Source of the DNA: Alphaproteobacteria bacterium
GTDB taxonomy: Bacteria > Pseudomonadota > Alphaproteobacteria > MPNO01
Length of the DNA: 64,000 nucleotides
Direction: 5' to 3'
NCBI GenBank assembly: GCA_965248835.1
Contig: CBDFLJ010000001.1
Location: forward strand, 2,016,001-2,080,000
Position 1 is the stretch's first letter. The number at the start of each line of letters is the position of its first letter. A program made the position numbers and the translations under genes. This document shows, piece after piece, positions 54,841-64,000 of the stretch. The notes under the pieces were generated by a model. The model was given only the letters and a program-made list of their open reading frames with translations, made no database searches and was not told the DNA's origin.

Positions 54841-56913
54841 TCAGCGCTGCGGTGCGTCGTCGGCCGCCTCGGGCTCGGGCTCGGACGCGGCTTCCGGCTC
54901 GGGCTGTGCTTCGGGCTCGGCCTCGGAGGCCGCTTCGGCTTCGGCCTCGGCCTCGGAGGCGGCTTCGGCCTCGGGCTCGGAGGTGGCTTCGGCTTCGGGC
55001 TCGGGCTCGAGCTCGGCTTCGGGCTCAGGCTCGGAGGCGGCTTCGGCCTCGGAGGCGGCTTCGGCCTCGGAGGCGGTTTCGGGCTCAGGCTGGGCTTCGG
55101 GCTCGGAGGCGGCTTCGGCCTCGGGCTCGGCTTCGGGCTCGGAGACGGCTTCCGCATCCGAGCCGGCGGCCTGCACCGCACCGCGTTCGGCAGCCGCCCT
55201 CTCCTGGTTGGCCCGGTTGATGGCCGCGCCGAGGATGTCGCCCAGGCTGGCGCCGGAATCCGAGGAGCCATACTCGGCCATCGCCTTCTTTTCCTCGGCC
55301 ATTTCCTGGGCCTTGATCGACAGGGTCAGCCTGCGGTCGCGCCGGTCGATGTTGGTGACCCGGGCATCAATCCGGTCGCCGGGTGCGAACCGGTCGGGGC
55401 GCTGGTCGGCCCGGTCGCGCGACAGTTCCGCCCGGCGGATGAAGCCCGGCAGCCCGCCTGCGGCGGTCACCTCGAGCCCGCCGTCGGTGACCTGGGTCAC
55501 CGTGCAGGTGATGACGTCGCCGCGTTTGACCTCGCTCCTGGCCGAGTCGAAGGGGTCGTCTTCGAGCTGCTTGATGCCGAGCGAGATCCGCTCCTTCTCC
55601 GCATCGACATCGAGCACCTTGGCCTTGACGATCTCGCCCTTCTTGAAGTCCGCGACCGCCTCTTCGCCCGGGCGCCGCCAGTCGATGTCCGACAGGTGCA
55701 CCATGCCGTCGATTTCGCCTTCGAGCCCGACGAACAGGCCGAACTCGGTGATGTTCTTGATCTCGCCCTCGATGGTCGAGCCGACCGGGAAGCGCTCGAG
55801 GAACTGATCCCACGGGTTGTCGCGGCACTGCTTGAGGCCGAGGCTGATTCGGCGCTTGTTGGGATCGACCTCCAGCACCATGACCTCGACCTCCTGGCTG
55901 GTCGAGACGATCTTGCCGGGGTGAACGTTCTTCTTGGTCCAGCTCATCTCCGAGATGTGGACCAGGCCCTCCACCCCGGGCTCGAGCTCGACGAAGGCGC
56001 CGTAGTCGGTGATATTGCTGACCCGGCCGGTATACTTCGCTCTGACCGGATATTTGTGCTCGACCCCGTCCCACGGATCGGCTTCGAGCTGTTTCATGCC
56101 GAGCGAGATGCGCTGGGTCTCCGCGTTGTAGCGGATCACCTGGACCCTGACGGTCTGGCCGATGCCGAGCGCTTCGGTTGGATGGTTGATGCGCCGCCAG
56201 GCGATGTCGGTGACGTGCAGCAGGCCGTCGACGCCGCCGAGGTCGACGAAGGCGCCGTAGTCGGTGATGTTCTTGACGATCCCCTCGAGGATCTGGCGCT
56301 CCTTGAGGTTGGCGAGCAGCTCGTTGCGGGCCTCTGCGCGCGACTCTTCGAGGACCGCGCGGCGCGAGACCACGATGTTGCCGCGGCGGCGGTCCATCTT
56401 CAGGATCTGGAAGGGCTGCGGCGAGCCCATCAGCGGCGAGACGTCGCGCATCGGACGGACGTCGACCTGGCTGCCCGGCAGGAACGCGACCGCGCCGGAC
56501 AGATCGACCGTGAAGCCGCCCTTGACCCGGCCGAAGATGGTCCCCGAGACCCGCTCGGTGGCCTTGAATGCCTGTTCGAGCAAGGTCCAGGCCTCCTCGC
56601 GCCGCGCCCGCTCGCGCGAAAGCACCGCCTCGCCGTTGCGGTCCTCCATGCGCTCGAGATAGACGTCCACGCAATCGCCGACCTTGATCTCGGCGTCCAT
56701 CCCGGGGGTGCTGAATTCCTTCAGCGCCACGCGGCCCTCGGACTTCAGCCCGACATCGATCAGCGCGGAATCGTTCTCGATACTGATCACGGTTCCCTTC
56801 ACCACCGATCCCTCGGTCAGCTCGCCCTCGGCGAAGCTTTCCTCCAGCAGGTGCGCGAAATTCTCTATGGCCGCGTCTGCCACCGGGCCTTCAGTGGCTA
56901 ATTCGTTCGACAT
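54841..56913 (-). CDS. rpsA: 30S ribosomal protein S1 with long acidic C-terminal tail
   Basis: Six S1 repeats (DVGLKSEG, YGAFVDLGG.DGLLH and others) and SSDSGASLGDIL; cmk-rpsA-sppA-ihfB synteny. Confidence 0.98.
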   Translation of the reverse strand: MSNELATEGPVADAAIENFAHLLEESFAEGELTEGSVVKGTVISIENDSALIDVGLKSEGRVALKEFSTPGMDAEIKVGDCVDVYLERMEDRNGEAVLSRERARREEAWTLLEQAFKATERVSGTIFGRVKGGFTVDLSGAVAFLPGSQVDVRPMRDVSPLMGSPQPFQILKMDRRRGNIVVSRRAVLEESRAEARNELLANLKERQILEGIVKNITDYGAFVDLGGVDGLLHVTDIAWRRINHPTEALGIGQTVRVQVIRYNAETQRISLGMKQLEADPWDGVEHKYPVRAKYTGRVSNITDYGAFVELEPGVEGLVHISEMSWTKKNVHPGKIVSTSQEVEVMVLEVDPNKRRISLGLKQCRDNPWDQFLERFPVGSTIEGEIKNITEFGLFVGLEGEIDGMVHLSDIDWRRPGEEAVADFKKGEIVKAKVLDVDAEKERISLGIKQLEDDPFDSARSEVKRGDVITCTVTQVTDGGLEVTAAGGLPGFIRRAELSRDRADQRPDRFAPGDRIDARVTNIDRRDRRLTLSIKAQEMAEEKKAMAEYGSSDSGASLGDILGAAINRANQERAAAERGAVQAAGSDAEAVSEPEAEPEAEAASEPEAQPEPETASEAEAASEAEAASEPEPEAELEPEPEAEATSEPEAEAASEAEAEAEAASEAEPEAQPEPEAASEPEPEAADDAPQR
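54862..55155 (-). repeat. Degenerate coding tandem repeats (EPEAEAAS / EAEAAS) in the rpsA tail
   Basis: The plus strand shows repeated GGCTTCGGCCTCGGAGGC and GGCTCGGGCTC units. Confidence 0.9.
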
Positions 56914-57014
56914 CGGTATTCCTTGTTCCGACCAACCCTCGTTTGCACAGCGTGCCGACCCCGAAAGAGGCCGGCCGTGGGACGGTCATCGCTATGCGTG
57001 TCGTCCGGGTGGCA

Positions 57015-57674
57015 CTACTTTTCGGGCGTTGCCCGCGAGACGATGAACGCCAGCACCGCTTCGAATGCTTCGTCCGCATTCATCGCCGAGGTATCGATCA
57101 CGAACGCATCCCCGGCCGGCACCAACGGCGCGGTGCTTCGGGTACGATCCCGGGCATCGCGCGCTTCCATGTCACGCAGAACGCGCGAATATATACTCTC
57201 TAGCCCCCGATCCTGCAACTCGCGTCGGCGCCGTTCGGCGCGTACCGCCAGGTCGGCGTCCACGAAGATCTTGTGAGCGGCGTCGGGACAGATCACCGTG
57301 CCGATGTCGCGACCGTCGAGCACGGCGCCGGGCCGGCCATCGGGCGGCGAAGCGGAGAATCCCCGCTGGAAGTCGACCAGCGCTTTCCGGGCGCCGGGAT
57401 GGATGGCGACCACGCTTGCGGCCGCGGTGATCTCTTCGGCGCGCAACCCGTCTGCCTGCAGTTCGTCCGCGCCGATGGCCAGGGCGGCATCTTCGGCCGA
57501 TGCCGCATCGCCGGGGTCCAGCCCGGCATCGATAAGCCGCTTGGCGAGGGCGCGATAGAGCAGCCCGGTGTCGAAATAGGCGTAGCCGAAATGCCGGGCA
57601 AGGCGCCTGGCGATCGTGCCCTTACCGCTGGCCGCCGGGCCGTCGACGGCGATCACCGTGACGGGCTCAGTCAT
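57015..57674 (-). CDS. cmk: Cytidylate kinase
   Basis: IAVDGPAASGKGT, DTGLLYRA and LDGRDIGT. Confidence 0.97.
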   Translation of the reverse strand: MTEPVTVIAVDGPAASGKGTIARRLARHFGYAYFDTGLLYRALAKRLIDAGLDPGDAASAEDAALAIGADELQADGLRAEEITAAASVVAIHPGARKALVDFQRGFSASPPDGRPGAVLDGRDIGTVICPDAAHKIFVDADLAVRAERRRRELQDRGLESIYSRVLRDMEARDARDRTRSTAPLVPAGDAFVIDTSAMNADEAFEAVLAFIVSRATPEK

Positions 57675-59013
57675 CCTCGTCCAGCGGGGAGATCCGGGCG
57701 CCCAACCGGTTCATCGCGGCGGCAAAGCCAGGGAAGCTGGTCTCGATGGTCTCCGCCCCGGCCACCGTCATCGGCTTGTCGGCGGCAAGCCCGAGCACCA
57801 GGAAGGCCATCGCGATGCGGTGATCGAGCGCGCAGTCGACATGGCCGCCGCCCGGCGCCGGACCGCCGCGGCCGGTGACGATCAGCGTATCGCCCTCGAT
57901 CGCGGCAGCGATCCCGGCGGCGCCGAGCCCCGCTGCGATCGCGGCCAGCCGGTCGCTCTCCTTGACCCGCAGCTCGGCGAGCCCGTGCATGCGCGTCGTC
58001 CCCGACGCCATGGAAGCAGCGACCGCGAGGATCGGGTACTCGTCGATCATCCGCGGCGCGCGCTCGGCCGGCACTTCGATCCCGGCAAGCGCGCCCGGAT
58101 CGCCGCCGTGGAAGGTGAGGTCCGCCACCGGCTCGCCCGCGGCAGTGCGCCGGTTGTCGATGTCGAGCCTTGCCCCCATCTCGGTGAGGCAGTCGAGCAG
58201 CCCGGTCCTGGTCGGGTTGAGCCCGACGCCGGGGATCCGGACCCGTGCGCCGGGGTGCAGCAGCGCCGCGACTCCGGGAAAGGCGGCCGAGGACGGATCG
58301 CCCGGCACCTCGACCGGACGGCCCTCGATCTCCGGGTGGCCGGCGAGCCTGATCGTTCGAGCGCCGGCGCCGTCTTCCGTGATGTCCAGGGCGACGCCGA
58401 AATGGCGGAACATCAGTTCGGTATGATCGCGGCTCGGGCGCGGCTCGATCACGGTCGTCTGACCCGGCGCGTTGAGACCGGCCAGAAGGACGGCCGACTT
58501 CACCTGGGCCGAGGGCACCGGCAGTTCATAGCTGATCGGCATCGCCTCGTCCGGGCCGATCACCGCCAGCGGCATCAGCCCGCCCTCACGGGCGATGACC
58601 TCGGCCCCCATCATGCGGACCGGATCGGCGATACGGTTCATCGGCCGGCGGCGCAGCGAAGCATCGCCGGTCAGGAAACAGGTGATCGGGTGGCTCGCGA
58701 CCACGCCCATGATCAGCCGCGCCGCCGTGCCGGAATTGCCCAGATCGAGCACCGTGTCCGGCTCGGCAAGCCCGCCGATCCCGACGCCGGTGACCGTCCA
58801 GAGCCCGTCCCCGCTCCGTTCGACCCCGGCGCCCAGCGCGCGCAAGGCCGCCGCGGTCGCCAGCAGGTCCTCGCCCTCGAGCAGGCCGGTCACCGTGGTC
58901 CGGCCAACCGCCAGCGCGCCCATGATCAGCGCCCTGTGGGAGATCGACTTGTCGCCGGGAACCCGCACCGTTCCGGTGAGCGTTTCCGCGGTCCCGGAAT
59001 CGAGTATCGCCAT
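57667..59013 (-). CDS. aroA: EPSP synthase (class II)
   Basis: PGDKSISHR, GNSGT, SAQVKSA, RDHTE, KESDR and DHRIAM. Confidence 0.98.
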   Translation of the reverse strand: MAILDSGTAETLTGTVRVPGDKSISHRALIMGALAVGRTTVTGLLEGEDLLATAAALRALGAGVERSGDGLWTVTGVGIGGLAEPDTVLDLGNSGTAARLIMGVVASHPITCFLTGDASLRRRPMNRIADPVRMMGAEVIAREGGLMPLAVIGPDEAMPISYELPVPSAQVKSAVLLAGLNAPGQTTVIEPRPSRDHTELMFRHFGVALDITEDGAGARTIRLAGHPEIEGRPVEVPGDPSSAAFPGVAALLHPGARVRIPGVGLNPTRTGLLDCLTEMGARLDIDNRRTAAGEPVADLTFHGGDPGALAGIEVPAERAPRMIDEYPILAVAASMASGTTRMHGLAELRVKESDRLAAIAAGLGAAGIAAAIEGDTLIVTGRGGPAPGGGHVDCALDHRIAMAFLVLGLAADKPMTVAGAETIETSFPGFAAAMNRLGARISPLDEDD

Positions 59014-59180
59014 GTGTCCGCGTCCGGGTCCGCCGTGGCCTTGCCTTACCGGCGTGGTTTAACACAACGCGGCCGGACGGCAACAGCACGGGCGGCGATT
59101 CAAAGCCCGTCCAATTTGGCTTTGACACCACGGCGGCTTCGTGGCAATGGCTCGCTCGATCAAAGAGGACGGAGAAAACC

Positions 59181-59558
59181 TTGGCGAAACCCGAATGGGG
59201 ACTGAAGCGCGCCTGCCACGGCTGCGGCACGCGGTTCTATGACCTCAGACGCAACCCGATCGTCTGCCCGAGCTGCGGCGCGACCTTCGATCCGCTGGCG
59301 ATGCTGCGGCCGCGCCGCAGCCGCGCGGCCGCAGCCGTCCAGGAGGCCAAGCCTCCGGTCGTGGTGGCCGAGAGCGTCGCGGACGTGGTCGAAGCCGATG
59401 TCGACGAGGAAGTCGACGACGAGGTGAGCCTGGAAGCGGTCGCGGCCGATGACGACGAGGACGAGGACGTGATCGAAGACGTCTCCGAACTCGGAGAGGA
59501 TGGCGACGACGTGTCCGAGGTCATCGAAGGCGGCAGCGTCAGCGCCAAGGATCCTTAG
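59181..59558 (+). CDS. TIGR02300 / FYDLN-acid family protein
   Basis: AKPEWG.KR.C..CG.RFYDL...P..CP.C followed by an acidic tail; sits between aroA and tRNA-Ala. Confidence 0.92.
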   Translation: MAKPEWGLKRACHGCGTRFYDLRRNPIVCPSCGATFDPLAMLRPRRSRAAAAVQEAKPPVVVAESVADVVEADVDEEVDDEVSLEAVAADDDEDEDVIEDVSELGEDGDDVSEVIEGGSVSAKDP

Positions 59559-59609
59559 GAACGGAGGACTCGCCGGCAGCCGGCGTAGACAGGACGAAAA
59601 ACCGGATTC

Positions 59610-59685
<76 letters not shown>

Positions 59686-59754
59686 AATTTTTCAACGGGT
59701 TACGCCGGGAGTGAGGCGTCCGGCGGCCCGTCTTAGACAGTCCGGTCAGGCGCC

Positions 59755-60428
59755 TTAGACACTACCTGCTCTCGTTTCGAGCTTCACGATCGCCGCCCGG
59801 GCGAGCCTTTCCTGGTCGGCCTTGCGGGTGTAGCGGACCACCATCGCGACCGTCCGGTGGCCGAGAATTGCCATGATCTTGCGGTCGGTGCATCCCCGGC
59901 CTCGGCCAGCCTCGCGGCCGCCGTGTGACGCAGGCCGTGGAACTGTAGCGCCCCCAATCCTAGCCGCTTCTTTTCCCGGTAGAAGATCGAATGGAACCCC
60001 GAGGCCGTGTACGGCCGGCCGTCCTGGCGGTGGACGATAAACATGTGCTCGCGGGGGATCTGATCGAGTACGTCGGCAAGGTGCTGGTGGATCGGGATCG
60101 CCAGCCGGTCGCCGGTCTTGGCCTGGACGACCCAGATCAGTCCCTCGTTGATATGACGCCATTGCATCGCGAGCACATCGCCGCGGCGCTGGCCGGTGTG
60201 CAGGGCGAGATCAAGCGCCCACACCATGCGAGGATTGGCACCCTTGCGGAACCGCTCGATCGCGACATCCGGCCAGGGTTCGTAGCTCTTGGTTGCTCGA
60301 AGTTTCTTGACCCGCACCGCCGGATTGTCCGCACGCAGTCCGCGATCGACCGCGAAGCCGAGCAGGATCGACATGATAGAGAGCGTCATATCGGCGGTGC
60401 GCGGAGTGTCCGCCAAGTTGTCCCGCAT
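59755..60428 (-). pseudogene. Tyrosine recombinase/integrase, 5'-truncated and frameshifted
   Basis: TGQRRGD, QAKTG and FHGLRHT lie in one frame, while LGHRT..MV.RY lies in another. The shift is at the G4 run 59894-59897, and the gene abuts the tRNA 3' end. Confidence 0.88.
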
Positions 60429-60430
60429 TT

Positions 60431-60540
60431 CGTACGGTAACCGTCTTGCCCTCGTAAAACTCCGACACCGGATCCGCGAGCGCCGGAACCGTCCACAACA
60501 ACGACGCCGACACCAGTCCCAGAACGATATGTCGATTCAC
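60431..60540 (-). pseudogene. 5' relic of a Bug/TctC-like periplasmic binding protein
   Basis: GGAGG RBS, GTG start, signal peptide and ADPVSEFYEGKTVT; cut off at the integrase junction. Confidence 0.55.
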
Positions 60541-60805
60541 CGCTCCATCCTCCCGTTTTATGTTCAGACCGCCGGTTTTCCCCTCGTCACGCATCTTGCG
60601 CGCTCGCATGCGCATGGACAGCAAGCATGTGCGTTGCAGGGTTTTCCGTATCGGCGGCTTTCCCGGTCGCGGGGGCGTTGGTCCGCTGCGGTGACGCGGA
60701 CGAGCAACTTTCGCCGGTTTTCGGAACCATAGCTGACGGCCGGACCGGGACCGCCGCGGACGGGGCGGCACGTTGGTCTTGCCCAAGATCGCCGCCGGTG
60801 CAGTG

Positions 60806-60961
60806 CACCGGACACAGCAACAGGTCGTATTCGGCAAAGAAATCACGCCATTTCCGCCGCATCCGCTGGCGTTGCTCGTTGAAACCCAGCCAGTCGCGGT
60901 GAGACAGCGTCACGCCGCGCAGCATGCGCGCCCATTTGTCGTCATCGTCGTCGTCGCGCGC
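60806..60961 (-). pseudogene. Internal fragment of an amidase-signature enzyme
   Basis: SHRDWL..NE.R.R.RRKW.DFFAEYDLLLCPV matches the FF..YD.LL.P region of amidases. Confidence 0.6.
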
Positions 60962-61117
60962 CGCACGCCCAGCCTTCCTTGCACTCGAAGACATCCGCTG
61001 ATAATTATACGAAACTGCCTTGTAGGGAAGGATGTGCCGACGCGCGCCAGGATCGGCTACGATCTCTATACGTAAGCCCGTTGCGGTCTAGCACAACAGC
61101 GCGAGGAGGCATTTGGA

Positions 61118-62254
61118 ATGCAAAGAGTCAGAGTGGCCATCGCCGGTATTGGCAACTGCGCGAGTTCTCTTATCCAGGGTCTGGAATACTACAAGAGACA
61201 GAGCGCGGAAGCGTTTGTCGGTCTCATGCATGCCCGGATCGGCGATTGGGGTCCGAGCGACATCGAGATTGTGGCCGCTTTTGATATTGATCGGCGCAAG
61301 GTGGGCAAGCGGGTGGAGGACGCGATTTTCGCCAAACCGAACTGCGCCAAGATTTTTCAGCGCATTCTACCAGTTTCCAACATCGTGGTGCGGATGGGGC
61401 CGGTTCTCGACGGTGTAGCGTCTCACATGGCCGATTATCCCGATGACGAGGCATTCCGCCCCTCTGACGAGGACCCGGTCGATGTCGTCCAAACCCTCAA
61501 GGATGCCAAGACTGAAGTTCTGGTCTGCTATATGCCGGTAGGCTCTGAAGCTGCGGTTCGGGGTTATGCCCGGGCATGCTTGGAGGCCGGGGTCGCCATG
61601 ATCAACTGCGTTCCGGTATTCATCGCTTCCGATCCCGAGTGGGCTGAGAAATTCCGTCGTGCGGCCCTGCCTATCGTCGGCGACGACATCAAAAGCCAGG
61701 TCGGCGCCACTATCGTGCACAGATCCCTGACCCGACTATTCGGGGATAGGGGGGTGTCGCTTGATCGCACCTATCAGTTGAACACGGGTGGCAACACGGA
61801 TTTCCTCAATATGAAGGCGTTAGACCGCCTGGAGTCCAAAAAGGTTTCCAAGACGGAGTCCGTGCAGTCGCAATTGGACGATCGGCTGGTTTCTCGGGAC
61901 ATTCATATTGGACCGTCCGACTACGTGCCGTGGCAGGGCGACAACAAGGTTGCCTTCATCCGGATGGAGGGCCGCGGTTTCGGGGACGTGCCGTTGGAAC
62001 TCGAACTCAGGTTGTCGGTCCAGGATTCCCCCAACAGCGCCGGCGTGGTCATCGATGCCATCCGTTGCGCCAAACTGGGGTTGGAGCGCGGCATCGGCGG
62101 ACCATTAGAGGCGCCTTCCGCCTACTACATGAAAAGCCCTCCGAAACAGATGCGTGATTCGGTGGCCTATGATTTAGCTGAGGCATTTATTCAAGGCTGT
62201 GATGCCGACGGTACTTCCGATACGGAGGCTGTTCGAACAACCGCCGGTGAATAG
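61118..62254 (+). CDS. ino1: myo-inositol-1-phosphate (inositol-3-phosphate) synthase
   Basis: G.GNCASSL.QG, AAFDID..KVG, YMPVGSE.A, GDDIKSQVGAT, QLNTGGNTDFLNM, SKK.SKT.SV, DNK and DSPNSAG. Confidence 0.96.
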   Translation: MQRVRVAIAGIGNCASSLIQGLEYYKRQSAEAFVGLMHARIGDWGPSDIEIVAAFDIDRRKVGKRVEDAIFAKPNCAKIFQRILPVSNIVVRMGPVLDGVASHMADYPDDEAFRPSDEDPVDVVQTLKDAKTEVLVCYMPVGSEAAVRGYARACLEAGVAMINCVPVFIASDPEWAEKFRRAALPIVGDDIKSQVGATIVHRSLTRLFGDRGVSLDRTYQLNTGGNTDFLNMKALDRLESKKVSKTESVQSQLDDRLVSRDIHIGPSDYVPWQGDNKVAFIRMEGRGFGDVPLELELRLSVQDSPNSAGVVIDAIRCAKLGLERGIGGPLEAPSAYYMKSPPKQMRDSVAYDLAEAFIQGCDADGTSDTEAVRTTAGE

Positions 62255-63122
62255 CTCCGACAATCAGACTGCCGATAATGATCCTGGCAGTGTGAACGCG
62301 TCCCGGACCGCAGCCTTGCCCTGGGTGGAGCGGTTACTCATGCTCCACCACCAAGTGCGGAACGCGGTAGCGACTGCCGACCGCGCTGGAACCGGATCCA
62401 GAAACGCGAAGGGCGACGAAATCAAACGCTTCGACCTGATTGCCAATGACGCGGCTTTGACTGTCCTCCGGGAACTTCAGTTGCCGATCGTCGTCGATTC
62501 CGAGGAGAGCGAACCTCTGCAAATCGGTTTCGGCACGCCGCGACACCGTCTCATCCTCGATCCAGTGGATGGTTCCGACAACTGGGCGCGGGGGTTGCCG
62601 CTGTCAGCCTTGTCCTGCGCCGTGCTGCCGGCTGACGCTCCCCTCCATCCCGATTGGGTCGAAGCGGCTCTGGTTGGGCCGCTCGAGCCGGGCACGACCC
62701 TGATCGCGCTCAAGGGCTCTGGTGCTTGGCGCGGGAAGGAATCCCTCCATATATCCGACGTCCGCAACGTCGCCGAGGCCACGATCTCGGTCGAACTCAA
62801 TCATCATTCTCCGTCGCCGGGCATTGCCCGTCTGACGGCCGCTGCCAGAAGCGTGCGGTGTTACGGTTGCGCGTCACGCGCCATCTCCCTGGTCGCCGAG
62901 GGCGTGACCGACGCCCATGTGGACGCGCGTGGCCGTTTGACCGCAGAAAGCTACCTCGCCGCCGCACGGTTGGTAATCGAGGCGGGGGGCTGGGTTGTCG
63001 GCCTTGATGGCGCGCCCCTGGCGGCGCCGGAAAGTTTGACCGACCGCGTCAGCCTGATCGCGGCGGCGAGCCGGGACCTGTGCGATGAGATCGTGGATGT
63101 TTTGGGCGATGAACAACCCTGA
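62247..63122 (+). CDS. Inositol monophosphatase / FBPase-IMPase family phosphatase
   Basis: FD..AN, DSEES, ILDPVDGSDN, R.YG and EAGG; the inferred GTG start overlaps the ino1 end. Confidence 0.85.
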   Translation: MNSSDNQTADNDPGSVNASRTAALPWVERLLMLHHQVRNAVATADRAGTGSRNAKGDEIKRFDLIANDAALTVLRELQLPIVVDSEESEPLQIGFGTPRHRLILDPVDGSDNWARGLPLSALSCAVLPADAPLHPDWVEAALVGPLEPGTTLIALKGSGAWRGKESLHISDVRNVAEATISVELNHHSPSPGIARLTAAARSVRCYGCASRAISLVAEGVTDAHVDARGRLTAESYLAAARLVIEAGGWVVGLDGAPLAAPESLTDRVSLIAAASRDLCDEIVDVLGDEQP

Positions 63123-64000
63123 CTTGACCACGGCGGCACCGGAGATGGTGCTGATCCTTGCCGCCGGATTGGGGTCGCGGCTTCGACCGCATACCAATAG
63201 ACCAAAACCGCTGACCAGAGTGCTCGGATTGACCCTCGCGGAACGGACCGTGTGGACATTGCTGGACGCCGGCATCAGACGTTTCCTTGTCACCCTCGGT
63301 CATGAATCCGAAGCGGTCAGGACCCATTTTTCCGATATCGCCCAGCGTCGCGGCGTCACGATTGACTTTATCGAAGCCGAAGGCTGGGGGCGCGGCAATG
63401 GTGCCAGCGCCCTGGCAGCCAAGGGTCGCACCGGCGAGGCGCCCTTCTTCCTAGTTATGGTCGATCATCTTTTCGATCCCCGTATCGCGCGGGCACTGGC
63501 CGGTGACCCTCCCGCACCAGGAGAAATGTGCCTCGCCGTGGACCGCGACAAGGATGGCATCTTCGATCTCGGCGATGTCACTCGGGTCAAGATCGACGAC
63601 GGACGCATTCAAGAGATCGAGAAGACGCTCGATGATTGGGATGCCGGCGACACCGGAGTTATGCTTTGTACGTCCGGCCTGTTCGAAGGTCTTGAGCGCG
63701 CGGCAGCGCGGAATAAGCATGGACTCTCCGACGGGCTCAGGGAAATGGCGCGTGAAGGCCGGGCGAGCACCGTCGATGTGACGGGAATGCCGTGGCTCGA
63801 CGTTGATACACCCAAAGCCTTGCGTGAGGCGGAGAGAAGGCTCATGCGCGACCAAGCCTGGAAAATCCAGGACGGACCGGTGGCGCGCCATTTCAACCGA
63901 CGGGTTTCCCGCTGGCTCAGCCGCTATCTGGTTGGCACAGCCGTGACGCCCAACCAAATTTCCCTAGCCTCCTGGCTCCTGTCGTGTATCGCGGCGGGAT
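63109..64000 (+). CDS. Bifunctional NTP-transferase + CDP-alcohol phosphotransferase (IPCT/DIPPS-like); 3' end outside window
   Basis: Manual translation (absent from the ORF track): LILAAGLGSRL...PKPL, GNGAS, MVDH, DTG, WLDVDTP, then K..DGPVARHFNRRVSR...TPNQIS starting the membrane domain. Confidence 0.9.
   Translation, partial: MNNPDLTTAAPEMVLILAAGLGSRLRPHTNRPKPLTRVLGLTLAERTVWTLLDAGIRRFLVTLGHESEAVRTHFSDIAQRRGVTIDFIEAEGWGRGNGASALAAKGRTGEAPFFLVMVDHLFDPRIARALAGDPPAPGEMCLAVDRDKDGIFDLGDVTRVKIDDGRIQEIEKTLDDWDAGDTGVMLCTSGLFEGLERAAARNKHGLSDGLREMAREGRASTVDVTGMPWLDVDTPKALREAERRLMRDQAWKIQDGPVARHFNRRVSRWLSRYLVGTAVTPNQISLASWLLSCIAAG

Noticed and set aside
54862-55155. Possible CRISPR array or Gly/Phe-rich plus-strand protein
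   Set aside because: The repeats are codon-phased, lack unique spacers and lie in the rpsA reading frame; no cas genes are present.
59894-59897. Programmed frameshift in the integrase
   Set aside because: There is no slippery heptamer and the gene is also 5'-truncated, so decay or a sequencing error is the simpler explanation.

Overview
High-GC alphaproteobacterial chromosome segment; gene order suggests a Rhodospirillales-like organism. The core backbone is argD-argF, hrcA-grpE...dnaK-dnaJ-dapB, rph-rdgB-hemW, lpoA/rsmI-yraN-gshB-comM, polA, aroA-cmk-rpsA-sppA-ihfB-lapA-trpFBA-accD-folC, TIGR02300 and tRNA-Ala(GGC). An accessory catabolic and transport region at about 3-22 kb holds a Mo-hydroxylase large subunit with CoxG, a MetE-like enzyme, a flavin monooxygenase, a PuuE-like deacetylase, TRAP transporters, a cysteine hydrolase, a UrtA/AmiC-like binding protein, an asparaginase-like protein and an amidohydrolase. 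A ProU-type ABC importer and DUF1848 are inserted between grpE and dnaK. The most striking element begins at the 3' end of tRNA-Ala: a decayed tyrosine-integrase island carrying an ino1 / inositol-monophosphatase-like / fused IPCT-DIPPS operon. This is CDP-inositol chemistry best known from di-myo-inositol-phosphate synthesis in hyperthermophiles, and the third gene runs off the window. The window also contains about ten short gene relics that the ORF track does not resolve as such (AbiJ-type HEPN, Rieske oxygenase, ornithine cyclodeaminase, BON protein, IS1380, TctC, amidase and others), pointing to deletion-driven erosion. All family calls come from motif recognition by eye; no database searches were run.
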